64,000 bases of DNA from a virus (IMGVR_UViG_3300021255_001778:1-64000), one strand, 5' to 3'. Counted from the stretch's first letter, positions 1-12,067 are shown. Made by a program: numbers and translations. Notes: a model not told the origin generated them from the letters alone.

Positions 1-41
1 GCGGGTATGACACCCGCCGTATTTTTTATTGGAGGTTAATT

Positions 42-341
42 ATGGCTAAAGCAACCAGAATTTGCAAAGTATGCGGCAAGGAATATCCGTATTGCAAGAC
101 ATGGCTGTCTACGGATAAGTTCCGTTGGCAGGATGTGGCTTGCTCTGAATCCTGTGGTATCAAATACTTTGAAATGATCGAGGCTTCCAGATCCGGTAAA
201 AAGGTCGAAGCCGAACCGGGAAAGAAAGTTGAGAAGGTCGAAGCCAAGGCCGCTGAGAAGAAGGCCGAAAAGAAATCTGCCAAGAAAGAAGCAGAAGTCG
301 TGGAGGACATTCTCAAAGATGATAAAGACCTCGATTGGTAA
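42..341 (+). CDS. Cys-rich (putative Zn-binding) hypothetical protein with Lys/Glu/Ala-rich tail
   Basis: ORF with GGAGG RBS; CKVC...C...CSESC pattern. Confidence 0.75.
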   Translation: MAKATRICKVCGKEYPYCKTWLSTDKFRWQDVACSESCGIKYFEMIEASRSGKKVEAEPGKKVEKVEAKAAEKKAEKKSAKKEAEVVEDILKDDKDLDW

Positions 342-423
342 GAACGGGCAAGCGTCCGGGGTATGCAAGGTTACGCCTGTGGCTAGCTGAGCGCTGCCCC
401 GGGCTTTTGCATACAGGTGATAT

Positions 424-993
424 ATGAATACTGAATTGCGAATTACCGCTCCTATCCCGCCAAGCGTGAATCACTATATGGGGTATCGGGCGGTTTTGAA
501 AAAAGGTAAACCGTTAGCTATTCCTTATAAGACGGCGGAAGCCGTCGCGTTCTGTAAGGAGTTTGCCGACACGGTAAAGCAAGCAGTTCATGAGCAGGGA
601 TGGGATGTGCCGCTCGACGGATCGAAACATGTGTATGTAGATGCGGTGTTTTACTTTCCAAGGACACGAATGGACTGCAATAATTATTGGAAGGTTTTGC
701 TTGACACGATAACTGATACACAGCTTGTGTGGCATGATGACAGTACGGTATGTGAACGTGCTCAGGCAATTTTTTACGACACACAGAATCCAAGAATAGA
801 ACTAACCATACACCCCGTTGAGTATACCGGGGTGTTTTTTGATTCTAATGAATTTGACGAGTTTGAATCCAGATGTAAAACGTGTGTCAGATACACACGA
901 AATTGCAGCTTGCTGAATAAGGCTATGGAAGGCCGAATTCAAAACGAGATTCAAAATGGTGTGTGTGCTAAGCACAAGGAGAAAAAGGAATGA
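424..993 (+). CDS. rusA: RusA-like Holliday junction resolvase
   Basis: IPPSVNHY N-terminus and D-x-x-N-Y-x-K-x-x-x-D...DDS acidic motif typical of RusA. Confidence 0.8.
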   Translation: MNTELRITAPIPPSVNHYMGYRAVLKKGKPLAIPYKTAEAVAFCKEFADTVKQAVHEQGWDVPLDGSKHVYVDAVFYFPRTRMDCNNYWKVLLDTITDTQLVWHDDSTVCERAQAIFYDTQNPRIELTIHPVEYTGVFFDSNEFDEFESRCKTCVRYTRNCSLLNKAMEGRIQNEIQNGVCAKHKEKKE

Positions 994-1577
994 GAATATT
1001 AGTTGCTATACCAACGTTTGAAAATATACTACCGGATACATTCCGGTCTGTTTATAACGCGTGCCACAAGTACGAGAATGCCGATTTTGATTTTATCAAA
1101 GGTTATGATTGTGCTAAGGCTCGAAATGAAATTATGAAAAAAGCAATCGATGGAAATTATGATTATGTGTTAATGGTCGATAGTGATGTTGTTATTCCAG
1201 AGAACACTCTCGATTGCTTACTTGAACACCCTGTCGATATTTGTACAGGGTTATATCCGAGAAAGAATACAAAGTCTCATGAAATCGAGGCGTTTAAATT
1301 AGGAACTAAGAACTACACTAATCGGTTCACTTTCGATGAGATACAATCTGTGGATAGGTTCCAGGTCAAAGGTTGTGGGTTTGGATGTGTGCTAATTAAT
1401 GTAAATATCTTAGAACACATGAGCTATCCGTTTTTTAAATACGTGATATATGACAATGGCAGTGTTTTATCGGAAGATCTTTACTTCTGCTCTCAAGCGG
1501 ATCGAGCTGGCTTCAGTATCTGGGCTGATCCGAGAGTAAGATGCGGTCATTCGATAAGGGGTTTTCAATATGAATAA
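990..1577 (+). CDS. GT-A fold glycosyltransferase (GT2-like)
   Basis: ILVAIPT start, ARN motif, VDSD (DxD), GFGCVLI and SEDLYFC motifs. Confidence 0.8.
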   Translation: MRILVAIPTFENILPDTFRSVYNACHKYENADFDFIKGYDCAKARNEIMKKAIDGNYDYVLMVDSDVVIPENTLDCLLEHPVDICTGLYPRKNTKSHEIEAFKLGTKNYTNRFTFDEIQSVDRFQVKGCGFGCVLINVNILEHMSYPFFKYVIYDNGSVLSEDLYFCSQADRAGFSIWADPRVRCGHSIRGFQYE

Positions 1578-1607
1578 AAGACTTATTTGAGATAAAGGAG
1601 ATTCAAA

Positions 1608-2249
1608 ATGGAAAATATTAAAGCTGAGGCTTTTGAAGAATATATGAATGATCACTTTCCGAAAACAAAGGTGATCACTATTGGAGATATTGATATTGAG
1701 GTAAAGACGCATCTGACGTTTGATGAGATGCTCGACTTCGTTGACGGTATTGTCGATAGATGTTTTCAAGATGATGGTGACACATACATCCCAGAATTCA
1801 AAGACTATCTGATTCGTGAAAGCATCATTGTGTACTACACGAATATTGAGCTTCCTGAAACGTCTCGTGAACGGTATGACTTTGTGTACGGATCAGATTT
1901 GATCGCAAGGATTGTTGACGAAGCGATTAATAAAAATGAGTTTAATAATATTTTGCAAGCTATTGATTCTCATCTCATGCACATGGGCGATGTTTATCAT
2001 TTGCAGTACAAACAGAAAATTGATGAGATCTACTCTTCTATCACTGCTGTAACGGAACAGGTTGCTAGTATGTACGCAGATATGTCGAGTGAGGAGCTGG
2101 CAGATCTTGTTAAGGCGGTTGCTGGGATGGCTGATGGAAGTGTCGATGATGAGGCTATCGCAAAAGCCGTAATGAATTTTAAAGCGTCTGAAAAGAAAGA
2201 AGAGGTCAAGTATGACCGGGATGATTTGGTGAAAGAAGATGGTGAGTGA
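1608..2249 (+). CDS. Acidic hypothetical protein, possible tail assembly chaperone
   Basis: Helical acidic ORF two genes upstream of the tape measure; function from position only. Confidence 0.45.
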   Translation: MENIKAEAFEEYMNDHFPKTKVITIGDIDIEVKTHLTFDEMLDFVDGIVDRCFQDDGDTYIPEFKDYLIRESIIVYYTNIELPETSRERYDFVYGSDLIARIVDEAINKNEFNNILQAIDSHLMHMGDVYHLQYKQKIDEIYSSITAVTEQVASMYADMSSEELADLVKAVAGMADGSVDDEAIAKAVMNFKASEKKEEVKYDRDDLVKEDGE

Positions 2250-2734
2250 TGCCATTAAATATAGCTGGGATAATGGCTGAAGTACAGGCGAATATCGGCG
2301 ACGGATCAGAGCTAGTGGGTGCTGATGGGGATGCTATAGCTGCCTTAGCTGCGTCGGAGTTAGCGAACTGCATGAATAACGCAATTGCCGGTTCTTTGAC
2401 TGGTAATGAGATGTATGCCGTTGGAGTTGCTTCTTCTGGCGGTTATTCAAAGATTGGCGGCGGAATGTATGAGGTTGGTGTGAATATACCAGCACAGTTC
2501 AGGCCGTCATTGTTGCCAGATATTTATGGTGGAGTGTCGGATATGGCCGCACTATTTAATAATGGTTACTCAGCGCATCCGCTGACGGTTATTGACGTTA
2601 GTGGCAATATAAGGAGTTCAAGGCCGTATAGATCTCCTGCTCAATTTGTGCAAACAGGATTAGCGATGTTCGCAGGGCAAGGTGGGGGCGCTTATACGGT
2701 GGTCAGTACGCAGCCAAGTGGAAGATTTGTTTAG
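2246..2734 (+). CDS. Hypothetical tail-region protein (Gly/Ala-rich)
   Basis: ORF coupled to the previous gene by a GTGA/ATG overlap. Confidence 0.6.
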   Translation: MMPLNIAGIMAEVQANIGDGSELVGADGDAIAALAASELANCMNNAIAGSLTGNEMYAVGVASSGGYSKIGGGMYEVGVNIPAQFRPSLLPDIYGGVSDMAALFNNGYSAHPLTVIDVSGNIRSSRPYRSPAQFVQTGLAMFAGQGGGAYTVVSTQPSGRFV

Positions 2735-2764
2735 GATTGGCATCTTCGCCAATCCTTTTCTTTA
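2733..2764 (+). terminator. Intrinsic terminator-like hairpin upstream of the tape measure gene
   Basis: AGGATTGGC-ATCTTC-GCCAATCCT followed by TTTCTTT. Confidence 0.6.
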
Positions 2765-2775
2765 TGTAAAGGTAG

Positions 2776-5700
2776 GTGAAGATTATGCCAGGGGATGCTG
2801 GTAGCGCGATAATCAAAATTAAGACAAGTATTGACTGGGGAGACCTAAGCAGTCTTGAAAGTAAGATAGATGCTCTCGAAAAAACCACGCACACTATTAA
2901 GGTTAAAGTCGAGGCCGCCGAAGGACAAAAAGGGTTAGACAAGTATCTAAAGGACATTGATAAGCTTGGTCAGGACGCCTTTAGGAAAACGTCTGGAGGT
3001 GCAAAAAATGCATCTAAAGATATTCAAAACGTTGGTTCCGGCGCGAAAGATGTTGCGGACAATTTTAAGAAGGCCGGTAAAAGCGCTAATGTGCTGTCAG
3101 CCAGTAGTAAACAAATAAAAAAAGATTCGGACGAATACGTTACTGCGCTAAAAGCTGCTAATCACACTATTGATGGTATGAAAAAGAATCTTTCCAAGAT
3201 GCAAGATGCCGGATTTTATGATTCCGACTCTTATGATGACTGGAAAAATTATAATAAGCAGTTAGAAAAAATGATCGCTCTCAGAGATAAACTAGGCGAT
3301 CCGCATGGTAATCAAACAAATAATTCTTTTAACCGCAATTTTAAAGAGATAACCAGTTCTGCTGAAAGAAGCCTTCAGGAAATAACAAGGCGAGGCGATT
3401 TTTCAAGTGAGCTGACAAACGGCTATAAAACTGCGCAAAAAGAGGCTGCGAAGTTAGCACAGTTAGAGCAGAAAAATAGCGAAAAAGAGGTGGCTCGTCA
3501 GGCAGTTGCCAGAGAAAAAGAACAGGCGGCTCAGCAAAAGTCATGGGATAGTCGTATAGCGAATATCGAGAAGCAAGAAGCTGCTTGGAACAAGCAACTT
3601 GAAAGAGCTGGCAAACAGTATGAAGCCGAAATAAAAGAATACGATCGGCTGAATTCGGAAGTAGAGTCAGACTCAAAGGCTAGATGGAATGCCCAAAAAC
3701 AGACGATGGCTGAGGAGCAGCGCTTCTCAAGAGAAATTAGTGGATGGACTGCCGCTGCAAAAAGTAGTAAGACGGCAGACAGCTATCAAAAGTTAATAGA
3801 ATCCAGAGATGATATGGCTCGTCTTAACGATGAGCTTTCCAGGGGAAAAATTCTCTGGGGCGATTACGAGAAACAATATCAGGACGCATATAAATCTGGA
3901 AGAGAAGCCGAAAACACTATTATAAAGAATGGCAAAGCTCAGCTCTCGTTCGGCGATAAATTTAAGAATGCGTTCTCGGAGCTGAGTAGGTATATCACAC
4001 CTGCGATGGCATTACGAGAAGGTGTCCAGGCTGTTAAGCAGATGGTACAGGCTTCGATGGATATAGAAAGCGCGATGACGCGCATTCAGATTGTCACAGG
4101 GTCTACTGATACGCAGATGTCTCAGTTTTTCGAAACTGCCAGTAATCAAGCTCAGGAGCTTGGTAAAGGGATAACGGATGTTGCTGGATCGATAGAGGTT
4201 TTCAGCCGATTAGGTTTCCAGTTGCCTGATGCAACTAATTTATCAAAATTTGCAAATATAATGTCAAATGTTGGTGATGTTTCAGTCGATGAGGCAACAA
4301 CTGGCTTGACATCCATAATTAAAGGTTTCGATCTTGAAGCGTCTGATGCAGAACATGTTAGTGATGTTTTGATCGAAGTTGGACAAAAATATGCAATCTC
4401 AGCTTCTGAGTTGATGCAAGCATTTCAGCGTGGTGGTGCCGCATTACATGCTTCCGGGGCTTCTTTTGAGGAGTCGGCAGCGTTATTTGCCGCCACAAAC
4501 GCAGCGCTTCAAAATGCGAGCACAACAGGAACAATGTGGAAGACAGTTAGCGCTAGGTTAAGAGGCGCTACGAGCGAATTGTCAGAAATGGGTGAAGAAA
4601 CGGACGGGCTTGCTCAGGGGCTGTCTAAATATCGTGATGAACTCATCCAACTTTCTGGCGTAGACATCATGAAAAACGCCAGCGAGTACAAGAACCCTTA
4701 TCAGATTTTTACTGAGCTTGCTGAAAACTGGGATAAAATAAACGGTGATCCTGCGAAGGCGCGTGTTGCCGAAATACTTGGTGGAACACGTCAGCTCTCC
4801 GGTATCATGTCAACCATCACAAACATCAAAGATGCGATGGGAGCTTATAGCGATGCTATGGATTCAGCTGGTGTTGCTACAAAGGCAAACAACCTCTATA
4901 TGGAAACAACCGCCGCTCACGTCGAACAGCTTAAAGCGGCATTCCAGGAACTTTCTTACGATACATTCAATGGTAACGTGATGAAGTTCTTCGTAGATTT
5001 CGGCAAAGGATCTCTGAATGCAATTGATGGCATTATTGATCACGTTGGTACCCTTGGAACAGCTCTATTAGGAATCGCAAGTAGCAAGGTCATCCGTTCG
5101 TTTTTTAAGGACATGTCCGAAAGTAGTAATGATCTCGAATGGTCGTTAGGGCATACATTCAGCAACAAAGGAAACTTAGCTATGCTCGGAGTTGCGGCGG
5201 GTGTGTCTACGGCGATTGGTATTTACCAAGCTTATCAGCAAAAGAAACAGAACGCTCGTAATACTGCTGATGAGGATGCTGAATCATTCAGAGAATTAGA
5301 GAAGTCTATTTCTGATAGTATAGATCAGGCAAAAGAACTTAGAAGTCAATTAGACACAGGGACATTGTCTGACGAAGCTGCATATGAAGCTAAAAAGAAA
5401 CTTTTAGAGATACAAACTCAGCTCGCCGAATCATATCCTGCTATGGCTGAAGGACTCGACTTAGTCAATGGTCAAATGGAAAGACAGATCGAATTGTCTA
5501 ATCAGATTCTTCAAAAAGAAGCAACTGAGACAATTCAGAAAAATAGATCCGCATATGAAGAAGCTGAGAAATATATGACAAGTCCGGCAAAAGAACTTGT
5601 CGGAACACTTCAGCAGGGTCTTGATATACCTGATGAAATATTTTCAAAATACAAGGACTATCTATCTATTGAAGGAACTGACTTTGGAGTTGATTATTAT

Positions 5701-8700
5701 ATTAACGGAAAGGATCCGCAAGAAGCTTATGATCAACTTGTAAACTTTAGTGCAGAACTTTCAGAGTTCAGAGATAAGGCTAAGGCTGACGGTAAAGACG
5801 TCGGTAATATAAACGAATTCTTAAAATCCGTACAAGGGACAATAAACAAGATTGGCTCGGAGCTTGAAGTACAAAGTAAACTTTATAGCGAGTACCAAGA
5901 ATTAGGGCTTAATGCCGATAATAAAGATTACAACTATCTACTCAATAATGGCGACGTGGATTCTCGTAAAGCGATTGACTGGATTGATAGTTATCGTAAA
6001 TCTGTCGAAGAACTAAATGATGCGCTGCTTTCTGGCGATACAGAAAGAATAGGCGGTGCTCTCGAGTCGTTTGAATATTACGATAAAGCTCTTTCCGCGT
6101 TCGTTGGTCTTGGTGGCAAGTTTAGTAATTATTCCAATATAATCCAAGAGATACGTAGTCAGCTACAAGAATCTTTGCTTGAAACAAACGAGTTGCAGGA
6201 AACTCTTGGCGGTTCGATGTTGAAGCCATACACAGATCAAGTAAAAGGTCTGAATATGACGGCCGACGCGTTCCGTAACTTTCTTCTTGATTATAAGAAT
6301 GGTACTCTTGAGCAAAACAACCTAGAGAAAGAATCTATCACTACCCTTTCTTCGTTTATAAGTGCACTCGGCGAAATGGGTATAAAGGCTTTTGATGCAT
6401 CCGGAAATATCAACGAGGAGCTTGTTTCTGCATTAATTAATTTAGATGCTTTTACAATACAGGCAACGGAGTCGACAGAGCAGGCTGTGTCAACTCTTGA
6501 GTCGTTCGGGTCATATCAGTCGACTCTAACATCAGCGCTTAACTCTTCCGCGTCAGCGACCGGGCTTACGTCTGAACAAATTGCTGGCCTCACTGAGGCG
6601 TATCAAGATATCGAGGGTTTCGATCCAAATAGATTGTTTGAAACCACAACAAACGGAATTCACCTTAATGCAAAAGAACTAAACAATCTTAACAAGATTC
6701 TCGAGAATACTAAGATGAAAAAGTTCGCAGAGGATATTAAGGATGCTCAGGACGAACTTGATAAGCTAACTGCTGAATATGGTAAGAATAGTGACCAGGC
6801 AAAAGCAGCACAAAAACGTTTAGACGATCTCAGACGCGAAGAAGCTCAGTATGAAGGGTTAACATCTGCTTATAATAAATGGCAACAGGCACAGTCTCAG
6901 ACAGACGAGCGTGCAAGTTACGAATCAGTTGGCAAGGGATTTGAAACTGTAGAAAATCTCGTTGAGCATGGATGGATTGAAGATGCAGAGGTCGGTGCAT
7001 TTCTCGATCTTGTTCTTGGAAAAGTCGATGCTATTGGAAATGTGGCAAAACGAAGTGGAAATAATCTTAAAGACTTTGAAAGCCTTTCGCAGAATATTGT
7101 TGGCGGTATATCAGGAACCGACTACGGTCTTTCCGTAAGAGATTTGTGGACATATGGCGAGGATGGCGGACTTACTCCTGGCGGCATCCAGCAGATGCTA
7201 AAACTTGCAAATCAGTTTGACTCTTCTATTGTTTCGATGAGCGAGACAGCTGACGGAACTTCAGTCAAGATTAACTTGATGGGCGATAATATGAACCGAT
7301 TATCGCAAGAGTTAGGTCTGTCGGCAGAAATGATTCAGCTATTTGAGCGTGCTGCATTAGACGCTGGAGCTGATATGATCCTTGATAGCACAAATCTTGG
7401 ATTAATGACAGACCAGGTAAAAACGCTGACTCAAAACAACGAAGCACTGGCACAAACATTATCCGGATTTGACTGGAGTAATGTCGAAAATTGGGACTCA
7501 GATGAGGTGCAACGAGCAATTGAGGCACTCGACGAGGGTATAAAACAGGTTGGTGACGATACAGAAGAAGCCAGAAACCAGGCTGATTTGATGCGCACAA
7601 CGATAGAGTCACTTCAAATGCAGCAGGTTCGAACAGAGGTCAACGCTCAGATTTCTAGCGGAAAGTCATATGATGATCTTCTTAACATGAGCGATGAAGA
7701 GATTCAGGCTACATTCCATGTCGAGGCTGATGGCGTTGATGAAGTTCGCTCGCAAATTGAAGAACTTAAGGCCGAAGCAGAATCAACATCGATAACTGTT
7801 AGTCTCGAGGAAGGACAGTTTAATGAATTAACTGGTGGCGGCGAAGAAACAGAAAAGACTGCTACGGTCAGGTTTGAGAAGGACACGTCTGAGATAGATG
7901 GCTATGAACCTGGTGAGAAGTCTGCGACTGTAAGATATGGTAAGGACACATCACTTCCTGATGGATGGCAACCGCAGGATAAGACAGCTACTGCTACTTA
8001 TACATTAAATGCTCCTGCCCCACCGTCGTATCCCAATATGAGTAGAACCGTCACGTATACTATACGAACGATTGGTTCTAAACCATCACTTGCCACAGGA
8101 ACAATGATATCGATGGCTCATGCAGATGGGTCGATGGTAAATGCTCCGTGGAATTGGATATCTGGAGCGTATGCGAATGGTAGAGTCGATTTGCCACAGG
8201 ACGAATACGCTCTTGTGAATGAGCTTCCGGGAACTGAGTCCATTATACGTGACGGTCATTGGATGATGTTACCGGGTGGTATGCACATGGAGGCGCTCAA
8301 AAAGGGCGATATCATTCTATCTGCTGCGCAAACGAAAGCGTTGATTAATTCTGGTCGTGCTGCTGGTCATGGACATGCGTATGCATATGGTAGTTTGATT
8401 TCCAATGCTTATGATATGGGGTCATGGAACTGGAACAAAGACTGGACATCTCCTGCATCTTCATCGTCCAACTCTGGCGGTGGTAGCAAAGGTTCTGGTG
8501 GATCTGGCGGTTCAGGTAACAACAGCAACGACAACAATTCCGACGACGAACTCGAAATTTTCGACTGGATCGAACTCGCAATAGATCGCATTGAGCGAGC
8601 GATCAAGCAGCTCGGCATTACAGCAAAATCTACCTTCAAGACTCTCACTACCCGTCTCGAAGCAAACGCAACCGAGATCAAAACAGTAACCGACGAAATT

Positions 8701-8854
8701 GAACTTCAACAGAAGGCATACGATCGTTACATTCAGCAGGCAAATTCTGTAGGACTTTCTGAAGACTTGGCGCAACGAGTACGTGATGGCGCAATCGACA
8801 TCAACGAATATGACAAAGAAACTCAAGAGCTTATAGATGATTATCGTGAATGGT
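2776..8854 (+). CDS. Tape measure protein, exon 1 (spliced product ~2722 aa)
   Basis: Very long helical ORF with a TMP-type repeat region (~aa 430-700); joins in frame to 9970 as TGG T|AT GAA (W-Y-E). Confidence 0.92.
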
Positions 8855-9969
8855 ATCTAACAATGCCCTCTTATGTAGTAATACATATGAGAATTTCATT
8901 TAATTGACTGGGACACCCTTAGAGCCTTATCACCAAAACGGAATAGCGAATAGCTATAAACGGCGATGGTTAAAAACGATAAGGATTGGGTGATCAGCAG
9001 CGAAGACCCGAATAGGGTAACGTTCAACGACTATCCGATAATGGAGTAGGACGGCAAGCGATTGGCCGTTCGAAATAATGAATTACCTATAATATTAACT
9101 ACTCACAGAACGCATATGCGTTCTTATTTTATTATGCAAAGGATTTGGTTATGAGTGCGTAGGAATTTTTCAGCAACAAAATATTACACTACAGCTAAGG
9201 ATATATGTGATCAAAAAGGATATACATTAATTACTCCGTTTTCAAACGATATTACTGGTGTTACGAAAATAAAATTCGAATGTCCATTACATGGAGAGCA
9301 AACAATGCAAATATACAATCTTGTGAATGGGCATGAATGTATACGGTGTTCGTATGAAAAACGAGGTAAAAAGCTTAAATATTCTCAGGAGTATATAAAA
9401 TCTGAGATCGATAAGGTTAATAATAATTGTCTTTTAAACCCAGAAGATTATGTAGATGTGTTTACGAGGAATTTAAACATAAGGTGTTCGTGTGGAAATG
9501 TGTTTACAACATCTTTCGGGAACTATATAAAGAAAAGTATCAATCGATGCCATATATGTTCATGCAAAGAAAGTTCTGGCGAAAAAAGGATTAGAGAATT
9601 TTTCGACAAGAATGGTATCAAGTATGAACGAGAAAAACGGTTTCCAGATTGTCGAGACAATAAGTCACTGCCTTTCGATTTTTATATCCCAGAAAAAAAT
9701 ACAATCATTGAATTTGATGGACAGCATCATTATAAGGATATAGATGGATACAACAATTATAGTATAACTAATAAACACGATAATATTAAAAACGAATACT
9801 GTAAAAAGAACGGCATCACTCTTATACGCATTCCATATTGGAGCGGAAATTGCATAAATGAAATTCTCACAAAAGAATTATTATAGGTAAAAGATATAGT
9901 CTAGTCTCACGGGAAACTGTGAGCGAGTTTAACTCGGATCGGGGGTAGCGTCCCGATTAAATACATACG
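8855..9969 (+). ncRNA. Group I intron, subgroup IA2
   Basis: P1 with U8854.G8865 wobble; P2 with GUAA loop; P (8902-8913), Q (8992-9000), R (9022-9033), S (9891-9902); P7 GACUA/UAGUC; P7.1/P7.2; 10-bp P8 (9085-9094/9879-9888); terminal G9969; removal restores the reading frame. Confidence 0.95.
9155..9886 (+). CDS. Intron-encoded putative homing endonuclease (Cys-rich N-terminus + Vsr/DUF559-like nuclease)
   Basis: CPLH, CIRC, CSC, CHIC pairs; LPFDFY...IEFDGQHH...D-x-x-K-N-x-Y...LIRIPYW; located in the P8 loop. Confidence 0.85.
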   Translation: MRRNFSATKYYTTAKDICDQKGYTLITPFSNDITGVTKIKFECPLHGEQTMQIYNLVNGHECIRCSYEKRGKKLKYSQEYIKSEIDKVNNNCLLNPEDYVDVFTRNLNIRCSCGNVFTTSFGNYIKKSINRCHICSCKESSGEKRIREFFDKNGIKYEREKRFPDCRDNKSLPFDFYIPEKNTIIEFDGQHHYKDIDGYNNYSITNKHDNIKNEYCKKNGITLIRIPYWSGNCINEILTKELL

Positions 9970-12059
9970 ATGAAAAAGCTCTTGACTGCTCTGACGCGAT
10001 TCAGCAACTTCACGAAGATCTCGGTCAGCTTTATGAAGATCGCTTCAACGATACAAAAGACGATTTTGATGCACAGCTTGCTCTCCTCGAGCACATGACA
10101 ACCACGTTCGAGAACGGCATGGATGACATCGAAGCTCGTGGTTATCTCATGACCACTAAGTACTACGAAGCGATGCGTGACGTCGAAAATAAGAACATCG
10201 ACATCATGAAGAAAGAACTCGATGCTCTTACAGAGAAAATGTCTCAAGCCGTCAATTCTGGCGAGATAAAAGAAGGTAGTCAGAGTTGGTACGACATGCA
10301 GCAGGAAATCAATTCTGTCAAAGAGGCGATACAGGAAGCTGAAACATCCGTCATCGAATTCGGAAATTCTATCCGCGAAACGCTCTGGGATCGATTTGAC
10401 TATCTGCAAGATCGTATTACAGAGATTACGGACGAAGCTCAGTTCATGATCGACCTCATGGATTACACGAAACTTTACGACGATCAGGGGCAGTTCACAG
10501 ACACCGGCATGGCAACGATGGGTATGCACGGTGTGAACTACAATGTTATGATGAATCAGGCAGACCGTTATGCCGCAGAGATTAAGAAGATCAATAAAGA
10601 ACTTGCAAACGATCCGTATAACACGAAGCTCCTTGAGCAACGTCAGGAATGGATTGAATCTCAGCGTGAGTCTATTCTTAACGCCGAAGACGAAAAGCAA
10701 GCGATTGTTGATATGGTTGAAGAAGGCATCCGGCTCGAGCTTGATGCGCTTAATGAATTAATAAACAAATACAAAGAGTCTCTCGACACCGCAAAGAGTC
10801 TTGCAGACTATCAGAAGAAAGTTAAGGAACAGTCGGACAACATCTCTACTATTCAGAAGAGAATCTCTGCATATGCCGGAGATAACTCTGAGGAATCTCG
10901 TTCTACTGTGCAGAAGCTTAATTCTGATTTGGTCAAAGCAATGGATCAGTTGCAAGAGACTCAGGAAAATCGGCGTATCAGCGAAACTAAAGAGATGCTT
11001 AGCAACCTGTACGACCAGTACGAGCTGACGCTGAACCAGCGACTCGACAATGTCGATGCCCTTATTGCAGATATGATAAGCGTCATCAATGACAATGTTG
11101 GCAACATCAACACTACTATTCAGTCCGAGGCGAAAGATGTCGGATATACTCTTTCCGAGTCTATGCGTAACATTTGGACAACTGATGGTAAAGTCAGCTC
11201 TGTCATAACTCTTTACGGCGACAACTTTGTCAAATTCGGCGAAGGCTATACTGGTCTCCTTACGTCCGTCAATGATGTCATTCTTAGAATCGCAGAATAT
11301 GTAGCTAAGATGGCCGGAGTTAGCGACAAAGAGGCTAAAGCTCGTATCAAAGAGACTACGCCTACGACTAAGACAAATACAGCGGCTAAACCTGTAACGC
11401 CGCCTGTACAGAAAACTGTAAAGAAACCTGCCGAGACTAAGAAAGACGCTCATACTGATCAAGAGAAATATGGCGTTGCCATTGCTATTTGGAATGGTCT
11501 ACAGGGCTGGGGCGCTGGCGAAGATCGTAAGAAGAAGCTGCAGTCGAAAGGTTTCAACTACGACGAGATACAGGGCATTGTCAATAAGATCAGAGGCGAT
11601 ATATTGAGCAATTCTTGGGGCGGTAAATACTACGGTATTACCGGAGCGGATATCCCGAAATATGCTTATAATAAATTCAAGTCTGGAGGTATTGTTGATT
11701 ATACTGGTATCGCGCAGGTTGACGGTACTCCTGGCAAACCAGAAGCATTCCTTAATGCGCGGGATACTCGAAACTTTACGGTACTCAAAGAGGCGCTTAA
11801 TAAAGCGATCGGTTCTAGTGGTCATGGCATTGATCTGTTCAGCGGTTTGGGTGCTATATCTAAACCGAGCGGCGTTAGAAGCAATCTGTTTGGCGACGTT
11901 ACTTATCAGATCAATATACCGATCGATCACGTCGAGAATTACGACGACTTCGTTAATAAGATGCGGAGTGATACTAAGTTCGAGCGGCTGATACAGTCGA
12001 TGACGATTGATCAGATGGCTGGACGCGGAAGCTTGTCGAAGAACAAGTATAAATGGTAA
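9970..12059 (+). CDS. Tape measure protein, exon 2 (includes a CW_7-like repeat near the C-terminus)
   Basis: Open frame from 9970 is continuous with the 10095 ORF (41 codons upstream of it). Confidence 0.9.
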
Positions 12060-12067
12060 TAGCGATT

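Noticed and set aside
345-413. HDV-like (theta) or hammerhead ribozyme
   Set aside because: No P3/L3 or J4/2 with catalytic C-x-A, and no CUGANGA/GAAA core
1608-2734. Programmed -1 frameshift between tail chaperone ORFs
   Set aside because: No clear XXXYYYZ slippery site found; the ORFs are simply coupled by an overlapping stop/start
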